Of a stretch of 64,000 nucleotides of DNA, positions 29,527 to 40,189 are shown in pieces. The number at the start of each line of letters is the position of its first letter. Within the stretch, counting starts at the first letter, position 1. Under the pieces are notes generated by a model. The model was not told the DNA's origin. It searched no databases and saw only the letters and a list, made by a program, of their open reading frames with translations. The DNA comes from an uncultured Candidatus Rokubacteria bacterium (GTDB taxonomy: Bacteria > Methylomirabilota > Methylomirabilia > Rokubacteriales > DASRDR01): NCBI GenBank assembly GCA_963708025.1, contig CAVPSB010000011.1, positions 1 through 64,000 of the forward strand, read 5' to 3'. The position numbers and the translations under genes are program-made.

Positions 29527-31119
29527 ATGCGACGCTTTCTGACGCTAATCGTCGCGCTCATCACGGTGGTGGCGCTCCCGGCGCCGGCCCCGGCCCAGGA
29601 GAAGCCCCGCCTCGGGGGGGAGCTGGTGTTCCCGGTGCCGTCGGAGCCCCCGTCCTACGACGGGCACCGCGAGACGACCTTCGGGCTGATCCACCCGATC
29701 GCGCCCCACTACAACACGCTCCTGCGCATCGACCCGACCGACCGGAGCGGCACCAAGCCGGTCGGCGACCTGGCCGAGAGCTGGACGGCCTCGCCCGACG
29801 GGCTCACCTACACCTTCAAGCTGCGCTCGGGCGTCAAGTTCCACGACGGGAGCGACATGACCTCCCGCGACGTCAAGGCCTCCTACGACCACATCATCTT
29901 CCCGCCGGCCGGGGTCCTGAGCGCGCGGAAGGAGACCTACCAGGTCGTGGAAGCGGTGGAGGCCCCGGACCCCCAGACCGTGCGCTTCCGGCTGAAGTGG
30001 CCGGCGGGGTCCTTCCTGTCCTCGGTCGCCTCGCCCTGGAACTTCATCTACAAGGCGGACCTCCTGGCCAAGGATCCCCACTGGTTCGAGAAGAACGTCA
30101 TGGGCACCGGGCCCTTCACCTTCGTCGAGCACGTCAGGGGCTCCCACTGGGTCGGCAAGAAGAACCCCAACTACTGGGACAAGGGCAAGCCCTACCTCGA
30201 CGGCTACCGGGCGATCTTCATCAAGGACGACGCGGCCCAGGTGGCGGCGGTCCGCGGCGAGCGGGCCCACATCCAGTTCCGCGGCTTCTCCCCGGCCCAG
30301 CGTGACAGCATCGTGCAGGCGCTGGGGTCCAAGGTCACCGTCCAGGAGAGCCCCTGGGACTGCATCCTCATGGTCGGCATCAACCACCAGAAGAAGCCGT
30401 TCGACGACCGGCGCGTCCGGCGGGCGCTGACCCTGGCCGTTGACCGCTACCAGGGCTCCCAGGCGCTGTCGAAGATCGCCATCGTCAAGGAGGTCGCCGG
30501 GGTCCAGGTCCCCGGCACGCCGTATGCCACACCGCCGGACGAGCTGGCCAGGCTGGCGGGCTACTCGCGGGACATCAACGCGGCCCGGGCCGAGGCCCGG
30601 CGGCTCCTCAAGGAGGCCGGCGCCGAGAACCTCTCCTTCACCCTGAAGAACCGCGGCATCCCGATGCCGTACGAGCCGCTGGGCGTCTGGCTCATCGACC
30701 AGTGGCGGCAGGTCGGGCTCACCGTCCGGCAGGAGATCATCGAGCCGGCCACCTACTACACGGTGCTCCGGAAGGGCGACACCGAGGTCCACCTCGACTT
30801 CCAGTGCGGCTACATCGTCGAGCCGGACCTCGACCTCTACAAGTTCCTCTCGTCCAGCAAGAACCCCGACAACTTCGGCTACTACGACGACAAGGTCCTG
30901 GACGACCTGTACCTCAAGCAGAGCCGGTCCATCGATCCGGAGGAGCGCAAGCGGTTCGTCCGTCAATTCGAGAAGCGGCTCCTCGACGAGGAGGCCCACT
31001 ACCTCATGACGCTCCAGTGGAACCGGATCATCCCGCACAACGCGAAGGTCCGGGGCTGGACGATCACGCCCAGCCACTACCTGCACAACCAGCTCGATAC
31101 CGTCTGGCTGGCGGAGTGA
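29527..31119 (+). CDS. ABC peptide-type substrate-binding protein, family 5
   Basis: Signal peptide; GDLAESW, VKFHDG, GTGPF. Confidence 0.93.
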   Translation: MRRFLTLIVALITVVALPAPAPAQEKPRLGGELVFPVPSEPPSYDGHRETTFGLIHPIAPHYNTLLRIDPTDRSGTKPVGDLAESWTASPDGLTYTFKLRSGVKFHDGSDMTSRDVKASYDHIIFPPAGVLSARKETYQVVEAVEAPDPQTVRFRLKWPAGSFLSSVASPWNFIYKADLLAKDPHWFEKNVMGTGPFTFVEHVRGSHWVGKKNPNYWDKGKPYLDGYRAIFIKDDAAQVAAVRGERAHIQFRGFSPAQRDSIVQALGSKVTVQESPWDCILMVGINHQKKPFDDRRVRRALTLAVDRYQGSQALSKIAIVKEVAGVQVPGTPYATPPDELARLAGYSRDINAARAEARRLLKEAGAENLSFTLKNRGIPMPYEPLGVWLIDQWRQVGLTVRQEIIEPATYYTVLRKGDTEVHLDFQCGYIVEPDLDLYKFLSSSKNPDNFGYYDDKVLDDLYLKQSRSIDPEERKRFVRQFEKRLLDEEAHYLMTLQWNRIIPHNAKVRGWTITPSHYLHNQLDTVWLAE

Positions 31120-31149
31120 TCCGCGGCCTCCGCGACCCCCTCGGCTCGG

Positions 31150-31174
31150 CCCTCTCCCCCTCCGGGGGAGAGGG
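31150..31174. repeat. REP-like CCCTCTCCC...GGGAGAGGG hairpin
   Basis: 11-bp stem, 3-nt loop. Confidence 0.7.
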
Positions 31175-31212
31175 AACGGGTCCCGTCCTTCGCCGGAGAG
31201 GGCGAGAGACCG

Positions 31213-32166
31213 ATGCTGAAGTACGTCGTCAAGCGGCTGCTCCTGATGGTCCCGACGCTGCTGGGGGTCGCCGTGCTGATCTTCGTCCTGATGCGCGTCG
31301 TCCCCGGCGACATCGTGGAGATGCGCTTCGCCGGCGAGAGCGCCTTCGCCCAGAAGGCCGCCCTGGACCAGGAGCGAGCCCGCCTGGGCCTCGACCAGCC
31401 GATGTGGAAGCAGTTCCTCACCTGGCTCCGCGGCATCGTGGTGTTCGACTTCGGCACGTCGATGTGGACGGGAGCGCCGATCCGAGAGGAGATCCGGCTG
31501 CGCTTCGCGCTGAGCCTCCAGCTCGCGGTGATGGCGACCGTCGTCGCCGTCTGTCTGGCCATTCCCCTCGGCGTGCTGGCCGCCCTCAAGCAGGACAGCT
31601 GGGTGGACTACGCCGTCCGCATCTTCTCGATCGCCGGGCTGGCCACCCCGTCCTTCTGGCTCGGCATCATCTTCATCCTGACCCTCCTGATCGTCTTCAG
31701 GTGGCTGCCGCCCATGGTGTACACGCCGTTCTGGGTGAACCCCTGGCAGAACCTGGCCCAGCTCATCTGGCCGGCGCTGGCCGTCGGGTACCGCTACTCG
31801 GCCGTCGCCACCCGCATGACCCGCTCGGCGATGCTCGAGGTCCTCCGGGAGGACTACATCCGGACCGCCCGGGCCAAGGGGCTCGCCCAGAAGCTGATCC
31901 TGTCCCGGCACGCGCTGAAGAACGCCATGCTGCCGGTGCTGACCGTCATCGCCCTCGAGTTCGCGTTCCTGATGGGCGGCCTGGTGGTCACCGAGCAGGT
32001 CTTCAACCTGAACGGGCTGGGCATGCTCTTCGTCGAGGCGGTGGCCCACCGGGACTACACGCTGACCCAGGCCCTGGTGCTCCTGGTCGCGTTCGTGTTC
32101 ATCTTCGTGAACTTCCTGGTCGACCTGGCGTACGCCTGGATCGACCCCCGGATCCGGTTCCGATAG
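31213..32166 (+). CDS. oppB: ABC peptide permease
   Basis: TRMTRSAMLEVLREDYIRTARAKG, HALKNA. Confidence 0.93.
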   Translation: MLKYVVKRLLLMVPTLLGVAVLIFVLMRVVPGDIVEMRFAGESAFAQKAALDQERARLGLDQPMWKQFLTWLRGIVVFDFGTSMWTGAPIREEIRLRFALSLQLAVMATVVAVCLAIPLGVLAALKQDSWVDYAVRIFSIAGLATPSFWLGIIFILTLLIVFRWLPPMVYTPFWVNPWQNLAQLIWPALAVGYRYSAVATRMTRSAMLEVLREDYIRTARAKGLAQKLILSRHALKNAMLPVLTVIALEFAFLMGGLVVTEQVFNLNGLGMLFVEAVAHRDYTLTQALVLLVAFVFIFVNFLVDLAYAWIDPRIRFR

Positions 32167-33063
32167 TGGCCGACGTCACCGCGACCCTCGCCGACGCCGC
32201 CGCCCTGGAGGACCGCCGGGGCTGGTGGGCGGTAGTTCGCGAGTTCAGCCGGGCGCGCCCGCTGGGGGCGATCGGCGCCGCGGTCGTGATCGTGAACCTG
32301 GTGGTGGCGATCGGCGCCAACGTGCTCGCGCCCTACGACCCGCTGACCCCCGACTACGGGGCGATGCTGGCGGCCCCCGAACGCGGCCCACTGGCTCGGC
32401 ACCGACGCCTTCGGCCGCGACGTGCTCTCCCGCATCGTCTACGGCTCGCGGACGGCCATGCTGGTCGGCTTCACCTGCGCGTTCTTCGGCGCCACGATCG
32501 GCGCGGTCCTGGGCGTGACCAGCGCCTACTTCGGGGGACGCGTCGACCTCCTCCTCCAGCGGGTCATGGACGTCTTCCTGGCCTTCCCGCTGATCATCCT
32601 GGCCCTGGCCGTCGTCTCCATCCTCGGGACCGGGGTCTCCAACGTCATCCTCGCCATCACGGTGCCCATGATCCCCCGGGCCGCCCTGGTCGCCCGCTCG
32701 AGCGCGCTGGCGATCCGCGAGATGCCCTACGTCGACGCCGCCCGGGCCGCCGGCTACCGCCACGGCCGCATCATCCTCCGCCACATGCTGCCGAACGTGA
32801 TGGCGCCCTACCTGATCCTGCTGACCGCGTACCTCGGCCAGGCGATCCTGCTCGAGGCCTCGCTCTCGTTCCTCGGTCTCGGCGTCGCCGAGCCGACGGC
32901 GGCCTGGGGGCTCATGCTGCGCGGGGCCGCCGTGCAGTTCGCCGAGTCCGCCCCGTGGATGGCGATCTTCCCGGGGCTCGCCATCAGCCTGGCCGTCTTC
33001 GCCTTCAACCTCTTCGGCGATTCCCTGAGGGATGCGCTGGATCCGCGGCTTCGCACCCAGTGA
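32166..33063 (+). CDS. oppC: ABC peptide permease (frameshift ~32380)
   Basis: GTDAFGRD, YVDAARAAG, HMLPN, FNLFGDSLRDALDPR. Confidence 0.9.
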
Positions 33064-33142
33064 TACAGCCCGGGGCGCCTGGCGGGGCCGATACCCGGCT
33101 AACCCTGATTCGAAAGAATCGAGTCGGCTGTGAACTCTCTTA

Positions 33143-33238
33143 CCCTCTCCCCCAGTTGGGGGCGAGGGTAGGGTGAGGGAGGAGACGCATCGGCCCCACC
33201 CTCACCCCAACCCTCTCCCTCCCGAGGGAGGGAGAGGG
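33143..33238. repeat. Inverted doublet of REP-like CCCTCTCCC/GGGTGAGGG units (REPIN-like)
   Basis: Hairpin+TAGGGTGAGGGG, spacer, CCCTCACCCC+hairpin. Confidence 0.75.
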
Positions 33239-33307
33239 AGCGGATAGGAAGCCACGCTCGTCGCGTCTGGGCGGCATCAGGAATATCGGATTGGGGCGGC
33301 TAGCTCG

Positions 33308-34096
33308 GTGAGCGCGCTCCTGTCGGTGCAGGAGGTCTCGATGCGGTTCGGCGGCATCGTGGCCCTCGACGGCGTGTCGCTCGCCATCGACGAGGGGCGG
33401 ATCGCGGGACTCATCGGTCCGAACGGCGCCGGCAAGACCACCCTCTTCAACTGCATCAGCCGGCTCTACACGCCGCACCACGGCGAGATCGTCTTCGACG
33501 GGCGCTCGCTCCTCCGGCTCCCGCCCCACCGGATCGCCGCGCTCGGGGTCGGGCGGACGTTCCAGAACCTGGCGCTCTTCCCGCGGATGACCGTCCTCGA
33601 GAACGTGATGATCGGCGTCCACTCCCGGACGCGGAGCGGCTTCCTCGCCAACGCCCTCCGCCCGCCTTCGGTCGGCCGCGAGGAGGACGGGATCCGGGCG
33701 GCGGCCATGGAGCTGATCGCCTTCCTCGAGCTGGCCGCCGTCGCCCACCACCCGGCCGCCGGCCTCCCCTTCGGGACGCTGAAGCGCGTCGAGCTGGCCC
33801 GGGCCCTGGCGGGTCACCCCAAGCTGCTCCTCCTCGACGAGCCGGCCGGCGGGCTGAACCACGAGGAGGTCTCGGTGCTGGCCAGCCTGCTGCGAGCGAT
33901 CCGCGATCGCTGGGGCCTGACCATCCTGCTGGTCGAGCACCACGTGGGCCTGGTCATGCAGGTCTCCGACCGGGTGTTCGTCCTCGACTTCGGCCGCAAG
34001 ATCGCCGACGGCCCGCCGGCCTCGGTCCAGCAGGACCCGGCCGTGATCCGCGCCTACCTCGGCAGCAGCGGGGGAGACGGGAGGAGCGACAACTGA
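33308..34096 (+). CDS. livG: Branched-chain amino acid ABC ATPase
   Basis: GPNGAGKT, RTFQN, LDEPAGG, VEHH, AYLG. Confidence 0.93.
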   Translation: MSALLSVQEVSMRFGGIVALDGVSLAIDEGRIAGLIGPNGAGKTTLFNCISRLYTPHHGEIVFDGRSLLRLPPHRIAALGVGRTFQNLALFPRMTVLENVMIGVHSRTRSGFLANALRPPSVGREEDGIRAAAMELIAFLELAAVAHHPAAGLPFGTLKRVELARALAGHPKLLLLDEPAGGLNHEEVSVLASLLRAIRDRWGLTILLVEHHVGLVMQVSDRVFVLDFGRKIADGPPASVQQDPAVIRAYLGSSGGDGRSDN

Positions 34097-34185
34097 CAGA
34101 CCGTGGTCAGCCGCAAGATCCCGGGACCGTGGACGTCCGGCCCGAAGAGACCGGGATCGGGCAGCGGCGGAATCGCGACGGCCGG

Positions 34186-34230
34186 CCCCCCTCCCCCCGG
34201 TGGGTGGGGAGGGGACGGGGGTGGGGGAGG
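34186..34230. repeat. C-rich/G-rich REP-like hairpin variant
   Basis: CCCCCCTCCCCCCGGTGGGTGGGG, near-identical to 45732. Confidence 0.6.
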
Positions 34231-34239
34231 TTACGGATA

Positions 34240-34953
34240 ATGCCGGCCCTGCTCGAGGCGGAGGCGCTCGAGGCACACTACGGCCGGACCAAGGTGCTGC
34301 ACGGCGTCGCCTTCGCGGTGGAGGAGGGCGGGATCACCACGATCCTTGGGGCCAACGGGGCCGGCAAGACGACGACGCTCCGCGCCGTCTGCGGCATGGT
34401 GAAGACGGCCGGGGCGATCCGGTTCGCCGGCCAGCGGATCGACGGCCAGGCCACCGAGACGATCGCGCGGCTCGGCATCGCCCACGCCCCCGAGGGGCGC
34501 GGCACCTTCGTCCAGCTCACCGTCGAGGAGAACCTGCGCCTCGGCGCCTACGCCCGGCGGGACCGGGGTCGGCTGGCCGATGACTTCGAGCGCGTCTATG
34601 GCTACTTCCCCGTCCTCCGCGAGCGGCGGAGCCAGACCGCCGGCACGCTGTCGGGAGGGGAGCAGCAGATGCTGGCGGTGGCCCGCGCGCTCATGCTGCG
34701 GCCGCGCCTCCTCCTCCTGGACGAGCCGTCCCTGGGTCTGGCTCCCATGATCGTCCGCGAGATCTTCCGCATCGTGCGGGCCATCAACGCGGACGAGGGG
34801 GTCAGCGTGCTCCTGGTCGAGCAGAACGCGACCCTGGCCCTGGAGCTGGCCGATCACGCCTACCTGATGGAGACCGGCCGCGTCGTCGTCAGCGGGCCCT
34901 CCGAGCTGCTCGGTCGCGACGACGCGGTGCGCCGCTCGTACCTGGGGTACTGA
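34240..34953 (+). CDS. livF: Branched-chain amino acid ABC ATPase
   Basis: GANGAGKT, PEGR, LSGGEQQM, DEPSLGLAP, VEQN. Confidence 0.93.
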   Translation: MPALLEAEALEAHYGRTKVLHGVAFAVEEGGITTILGANGAGKTTTLRAVCGMVKTAGAIRFAGQRIDGQATETIARLGIAHAPEGRGTFVQLTVEENLRLGAYARRDRGRLADDFERVYGYFPVLRERRSQTAGTLSGGEQQMLAVARALMLRPRLLLLDEPSLGLAPMIVREIFRIVRAINADEGVSVLLVEQNATLALELADHAYLMETGRVVVSGPSELLGRDDAVRRSYLGY

Positions 34954-34955
34954 CG

Positions 34956-35837
34956 GTGGACATCTTCCTCCAGCAGGTCGTCTCCGGGCTGGCCACCGGC
35001 GGGATCTACGGGAGCCTGGCCCTGGCGCTGGTGATGATCTACCAGGCGACGGACGTCGTGAACTTTGCCCAGGGCGAGATGGCGATGTTCAGCACGTACC
35101 TGGCCTGGACCATGCTGAACGCCGGACTCCCCTACTGGGTGGCGTTCGTGGCGACGCTGGCCATCGCCTTCGTCGGCGGCATCCTGATCGAGCGGGTCGT
35201 GATCCGGCCGGTCGAGAGCGCGCCGATCCTGACGATCGTCATCGTGTGCATCGGGCTCCTGGTAATCCTCAACAGCGTGGCCGGCTGGATCTACTCGTAC
35301 ATCCAGAAGCCCTTCCCGAGCCCGTTTCCCGAGGCGCCGATCCGGGTCGGCGCCGTCGTCTTCGGAGCCCACGACCTCGGCGCCATCGGGGTGACCCTCG
35401 TCGTGCTGTTCCTCCTCTACGCGTTCTTCCGGTACACCACGCTCGGCCTCGCCATGCGGGCCGCCGCCCAGAACCCGGCGTCGAGCCGGCTCTGCGGCAT
35501 CCGGGTCGGCTGGATGCTGGCCCTCGGCTGGGGCCTGGCCGCCCTGGTCGGGGCCGTGGCCGGCATGATGGTCGCGCCCAAGGTCTTCCTCGACCCCAAC
35601 ATGATGGCGGGAATCATACTCTACGCCTTCGCCTCGGCCACCCTCGGTGGCTTCACGAGCCCGCTGGGCGCGGTGGTCGGGGGGCTGCTGGTCGGGGTCA
35701 CCGAGAACCTGGTCGGCACCTACGTCCGCTTCATCGGCACCGAGCTGAAGCTCACCGTCGCGCTGGCGATGATCCTCGTCGTGTTGCTGGTCAGGCCGAG
35801 CGGGCTGTTTGGCCGCGCCGTGGTCCACCGGGTGTGA
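34956..35837 (+). CDS. livH: Branched-chain amino acid ABC permease
   Basis: VNFAQGE, GLAMRAAAQN, RPSGLFG. Confidence 0.92.
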   Translation: MDIFLQQVVSGLATGGIYGSLALALVMIYQATDVVNFAQGEMAMFSTYLAWTMLNAGLPYWVAFVATLAIAFVGGILIERVVIRPVESAPILTIVIVCIGLLVILNSVAGWIYSYIQKPFPSPFPEAPIRVGAVVFGAHDLGAIGVTLVVLFLLYAFFRYTTLGLAMRAAAQNPASSRLCGIRVGWMLALGWGLAALVGAVAGMMVAPKVFLDPNMMAGIILYAFASATLGGFTSPLGAVVGGLLVGVTENLVGTYVRFIGTELKLTVALAMILVVLLVRPSGLFGRAVVHRV

Positions 35838-35838
35838 C

Positions 35839-35962
35839 GGGCGGGGCCGATGAGCGTCGCATCGCGTCGTCCTCGGTCATCGCCGATCCTCGGCGTACTC
35901 GGAGTACGCCTGCGGTCGGCGACTCCCTGCGTCCTAGCGCTGCTCGCTCCTCGGCCCCGCCC
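35839..35962 (-). repeat. Structured intergenic repeat (MITE/RPE-like), copy A
   Basis: 12-bp terminal IR GGGCGGGGCCGA; core GACCGCAGGCGTACTCCGAGTACGCCGAGGATCGGC on the minus strand. Confidence 0.85.
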
Positions 35963-36013
35963 AGGTAACCTTGGGGCACCTGCCATGACGTTGGACCTTC
36001 GAGGAATCTAGCG

Positions 36014-37036
36014 GTGGGAGACGCGGAGCTCACCGCCCGCGAGCTGGCCGGCGTGCCGCGCGCCACGCTGGCCGGGATGTCGCTGGCCTCGCTGCGGCTC
36101 ACCGCGCTGGCGGTCGTGCTGGTGGTCGCCGGTGCCTTGCCGTTCTTCCTGAGCGGCTTCCGGCTGTTCCAGTTCACGCAGGTCTTCGTCTACGCGATCG
36201 CGCTGCTCGGGCTCAACATCCTCACCGGGTACAACGGCCAGATCTCGCTCGGCCACGGGGCCTTCTACGCGCTGGGCGCGTACACGACGGCGATCATGAT
36301 CGACCGGTGGAGCGTGCCCTACGGGTGGACGATCCCGGCCGCCGGCCTCTTCTGCCTGGTGGTCGGCTTCCTGTTCGGAATCCCTGCCATCCGCCTGGAG
36401 GGCCTCTACCTGGCCCTGGCCACCTTCGCCCTGGCGCTGGCGGTGCCCCAGATCCTCAAGTACTTCGAGCACTGGACCGGCGGCTCCCAGGGCATCGTGC
36501 TGAGCAAGCCCGACGCCCCCGGCGGCCTGCCGCTCACCCCCGACCAGTGGCTGTACGTCCTGAGCCTGGCCGTGCTCGTGATCCTGTTCGTCCTGGCCTG
36601 GAACCTCCTCCGCGGCCGGACCGGCCGGGCGATCGTCGCCATCCGCGACAACCCGATCGCCGCCGAGGCGATGGGCGTCAACACCGCGCTCTACAAGGCG
36701 CTGACCTTCGGTGTCAGCGCCGGCTACACCGGCGTGGCCGGCGCCCTCAGCGCGCTCGCCATCGCCTTCGTGGCCCCCGATGCCTTCAACGTGTTCCTCT
36801 CGATCACGTTCCTGGTGGGGATCGTGGTCGGGGGCCTGGCCTCGATCTCGGGCGCCGTGTTCGGCGGTCTGTTCATCCAGTTCGTCCCCAACTGGGCCCA
36901 GGACATCTCCAAGGCGGCGCCCTGGGCCATCTACGGCCTGTTCCTGATCGCCTTCATGTACGTGATGCCGCACGGGATCGCCGGCGCGCTGCGCGCCATC
37001 GGGCTCCGCCTGGCGAGGAAGGGGGCGGTAAGGTGA
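36014..37036 (+). CDS. livM: Branched-chain amino acid ABC permease
   Basis: GYNGQISLGHGAF, GLYLALAT, GRAIVAIRDN. Confidence 0.92.
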   Translation: MGDAELTARELAGVPRATLAGMSLASLRLTALAVVLVVAGALPFFLSGFRLFQFTQVFVYAIALLGLNILTGYNGQISLGHGAFYALGAYTTAIMIDRWSVPYGWTIPAAGLFCLVVGFLFGIPAIRLEGLYLALATFALALAVPQILKYFEHWTGGSQGIVLSKPDAPGGLPLTPDQWLYVLSLAVLVILFVLAWNLLRGRTGRAIVAIRDNPIAAEAMGVNTALYKALTFGVSAGYTGVAGALSALAIAFVAPDAFNVFLSITFLVGIVVGGLASISGAVFGGLFIQFVPNWAQDISKAAPWAIYGLFLIAFMYVMPHGIAGALRAIGLRLARKGAVR

Positions 37037-37089
37037 GACCGTTCGCCTCGTCGCCCCGTCACCGACAACCCCGGAAACAGGAGGCACTC

Positions 37090-38298
37090 ATGAGTCGGAA
37101 GCTTCTGGCCCTCGCGCTCTCGCTGGCGCTCGGCCTGGCGCTGTCGGCGCCGGCCGGCGCCCAGACGCCCGGCGTGACCGCCACCGAGATCAAGCTCGGC
37201 AACACCAACCCCTACAGCGGCCCCGCCTCGGCCTACGGCACGATCGGCAAGGTCATCGGCGCCTACTTCAAGAAGGTCAACGACGAGGGCGGCATCAACG
37301 GGCGCAAGATCAACTACATCACCTACGACGACGGCTACAGCCCGCCCAAGGCGGTCGAGATGGTCCGCCGGCTCGTCGAGCAGGACCAGGTCCTGCTGCT
37401 CTTCCAGACCCTGGGCACCCCCACCAACAGCGCCATCCACAGGTACGTCAACCAGCAGAAGGTGCCGCACATCTTCGTCGCCACCGGCGCCACCAAGTGG
37501 GGCGATCCGCAGAACTTCCCGTGGACGATGGGCTGGCAGCCCACCTACCAGGCCGAGGCGAAGATCTACGCCCAGTACGTCATGAAGAACATCCCCGACG
37601 CCAAGGTCGGGATCCTCTACCAGAACGACGACTACGGGAAGGACTACCTGAAGGGCTTCAAGGACGGCCTGGGAGAGGCGGCCAAGAAGCTGATCGTGAT
37701 GGAGCAGAGCTACGAGGTGACGGACCCCACGGTGGACTCGCAGATCGTGAACCTGAAGAACAGCGGGGCCAACGTGTTCTTCAACATCACGATCCCGAAG
37801 TTCGCCGTCCAGGCGATCAAGAAGTCCCACGATCTCGGCTGGAACCCGCTCCACCTGCTGAACAACGTCTCGAACTCGGTGGGGACCGTCCTGAAGCCGG
37901 CCGGCCTCGACGCCTCCAAGGGCCTGATCACCACCTTCTACCTGAAGGACCCGACCGATCCGCAGTGGAAGGAGGACGGCGCCATGAAGGAGTGGCGCGC
38001 CTTCATGGCGAAGTTCTACCCGGAGGGGAACGTCGACGACGTCTTCAACGCCTATGGTTACACGGTCGCCCAGACCCTGGCCCACGTCCTCAAGCAGGCC
38101 GGCAGCGACCTGTCGCGGGCGAACGTCATGAAGCAGGCGGCGAGCATCAAGGACCTGGCGCTGCCGCTCTTCCTGCCCGGCATCAAGATCAACACGAGCC
38201 CGACCGACTTCTACCCGCTCGAGCAGGAGCAGCTCGCCAAGTTCGACGGCGAGCGCTGGGTGCTCTTCGGCGAGATCTACGACGCCTCGAAGAAGTAG
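37090..38298 (+). CDS. Branched-chain amino acid ABC substrate-binding protein (LivJ/K family)
   Basis: Signal peptide; GGINGRKI, DDGYSP, YQNDDYG. Confidence 0.92.
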   Translation: MSRKLLALALSLALGLALSAPAGAQTPGVTATEIKLGNTNPYSGPASAYGTIGKVIGAYFKKVNDEGGINGRKINYITYDDGYSPPKAVEMVRRLVEQDQVLLLFQTLGTPTNSAIHRYVNQQKVPHIFVATGATKWGDPQNFPWTMGWQPTYQAEAKIYAQYVMKNIPDAKVGILYQNDDYGKDYLKGFKDGLGEAAKKLIVMEQSYEVTDPTVDSQIVNLKNSGANVFFNITIPKFAVQAIKKSHDLGWNPLHLLNNVSNSVGTVLKPAGLDASKGLITTFYLKDPTDPQWKEDGAMKEWRAFMAKFYPEGNVDDVFNAYGYTVAQTLAHVLKQAGSDLSRANVMKQAASIKDLALPLFLPGIKINTSPTDFYPLEQEQLAKFDGERWVLFGEIYDASKK

Positions 38299-38313
38299 CC
38301 TTCCGGGAGACCC

Positions 38314-38340
38314 GGCGGAGGGGGCCGCGCCCCCTCCGCC
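38314..38340. terminator. GC hairpin between convergent genes, possible terminator
   Basis: GGCGGAGGGGGC-cgc-GCCCCCTCCGCC right after the SBP stop; no U-tract. Confidence 0.45.
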
Positions 38341-38508
38341 ACCAGCCGGACCACACTGACGCCCAGCTAGCCGCGTCGCCGCGCGCTCCGCCTTGCTCGC
38401 CCGCGGCTCGACTGCACCCGTTGGCCCCCGAGCCGACCGATTCGGCCTCGCCGTCTCCTTGCCGGGCTTCCGGCCGCCCACTCCGCGGCCGGAAGCCCGG
38501 TCATCGGA

Positions 38509-39829
38509 TCAGAGAGCGTTCAGGAAGGCCACCAGGTCGGCTCGCTCCTGGTCGGTGAAGACGAAGCCCAGGTGAGTCTCGTAGTGACGGACCACGTCCT
38601 CGAGGGTCGCGGCGATGCCGTTGTGGAAGTACGGCGCGCGCGCGGCGAGGCCGCGGATCGTCGGGGTCTTGAAGCGGCCGAGGTCGTTCCAGGCCCCGGT
38701 GACGTTGCCCCGGCCGGCATCGGTCAGCTTCCGGATCTCGCTCGTCGTGGTGTTCTTGAACGTGTACAGGGGCAGGTCCGGAGTGCGGGCCGCTTCCGAC
38801 GCCGTGCGCGACGTCGAAGAGGGTGTTGCTGACGTTGGTGCCGTTGTTCGCCGAGTTGTGGCAGGCGCCGCACCGGCGTCCACCGGGGTTCGGATTGTTG
38901 AACAGCTCCTGACCCCGGAAGATCTGGCGGCGGTGCGGGCTCCCGTGATGGGCCCAGGCGTCGAAGAGATCGAACCGTCCCGCAACCTTCGTCATGTCCG
39001 ACATCGCCTCGGGGCCGCCCCGGGCGCCGTCCGAGTCGAGACGCCCCACGCCCGGCACGATGAGCTGCGCGGTGAAGAGCGAGTTCTCGAACCCGACGAT
39101 GTCGCCGATGATCGCGTCGAAGGGTGGGTCGAGGGGAAGGGGGAACGTGGGAAGGACGTCGCCCTGCTGACCACCCGTCACGTTGCGTCTGGCCTGGTTT
39201 TGGAGTCCACCGAGCTGGTCGGTCCCGATGCTGTTGCCGCCGTCCCAGTTGATGGTCGCGCTGCCGAGGGGGAAGTTGATCGTCGGCATCACGCGCCGCC
39301 AGTGCACGAGCCGGGTGAGGTTCGCGAACCCGTGCGGGTCCTCCACGGCGATCAGGTTCCACTCCCGGGGGGTCCGGAGAGCGCCGCCCCGGCGGAACAC
39401 GCCGCGGCTCAACAGCATGCTGTACGCGGCCCGGCGCCCTTCGACCGTGGAGAAGTTCCCCGTCAGCGGGTTGTTGGCGTCCAGCGGGTTGAAGACGGGG
39501 TGCGTGCCGCCCGTCTCGTCGAACAGGCGCTGCAGGGTGCCGGGGTTGATGCTCCAGGCCTCCTGCGGGATGTGGCACGAGGAGCAGCTCCGGCCGTTCG
39601 TGCCCTGAGCCTGGAAGTACTCGCCGATGAGATCGACGAGGCCCTCGGTGCTGAACGTCGCCGAGTGTCCACCCGGATTCAGAACCGGGTGGTTGTTGGG
39701 GATGCTGGCCGGGTCCGCCTCGGCGCGTAGCACGTGGTCCGGCGCCCACCCCAGGCCCAAGACCAGCGCAACCGCCGCGACCGCCGCGCGCAGCCGACTG
39801 CCGGGACCCCGCGAACTAGACCGCCTCAT
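38509..39829 (-). CDS. Diheme cytochrome c peroxidase/MauG/BthA-superfamily protein (frameshift ~38810)
   Basis: Signal peptide; CSSCH and [31 protein letters not shown]...LEDVVRHY...DLVAFL. Confidence 0.85.
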
Positions 39830-39983
39830 GTCAGTCCCTCCCTTGTGGAACGAACGCTGTTGGGCAGGGAATCCCCAACGTGGAGACACCGATTCAGCCC
39901 GGCCCGGCCCCAGGCAGAACCAGCGTCGCCATCGTGTGGCCTCCCCAGCCGACGACTTGGTCAACACGTCGGCCGGATCGGAG

Positions 39984-39999
39984 TGCAAGCGGCGAGCCA
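39984..39999 (-). promoter_or_regulatory. sigma54 promoter upstream of the diheme gene
   Basis: TGGCTCG-CCGC-TTGCA on the minus strand. Confidence 0.55.
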
Positions 40000-40189
40000 C
40001 GGCTCGATTCGGTCCGGAATCGCAACCGGGCTCGCAGCAGATTGCGGTCGCTGCGACCGGCACCCCCGGAGGTGAGGATTCACGGTGTCCGGCGGACTCG
40101 GCCGGTCAGCCGGTTGCCAGGGGACGGCGCTGGACTGGCCAGTCGATTGCCGGGAAACGTCTCAAGTGGGACGCCGCAGGGAGCTGAAA

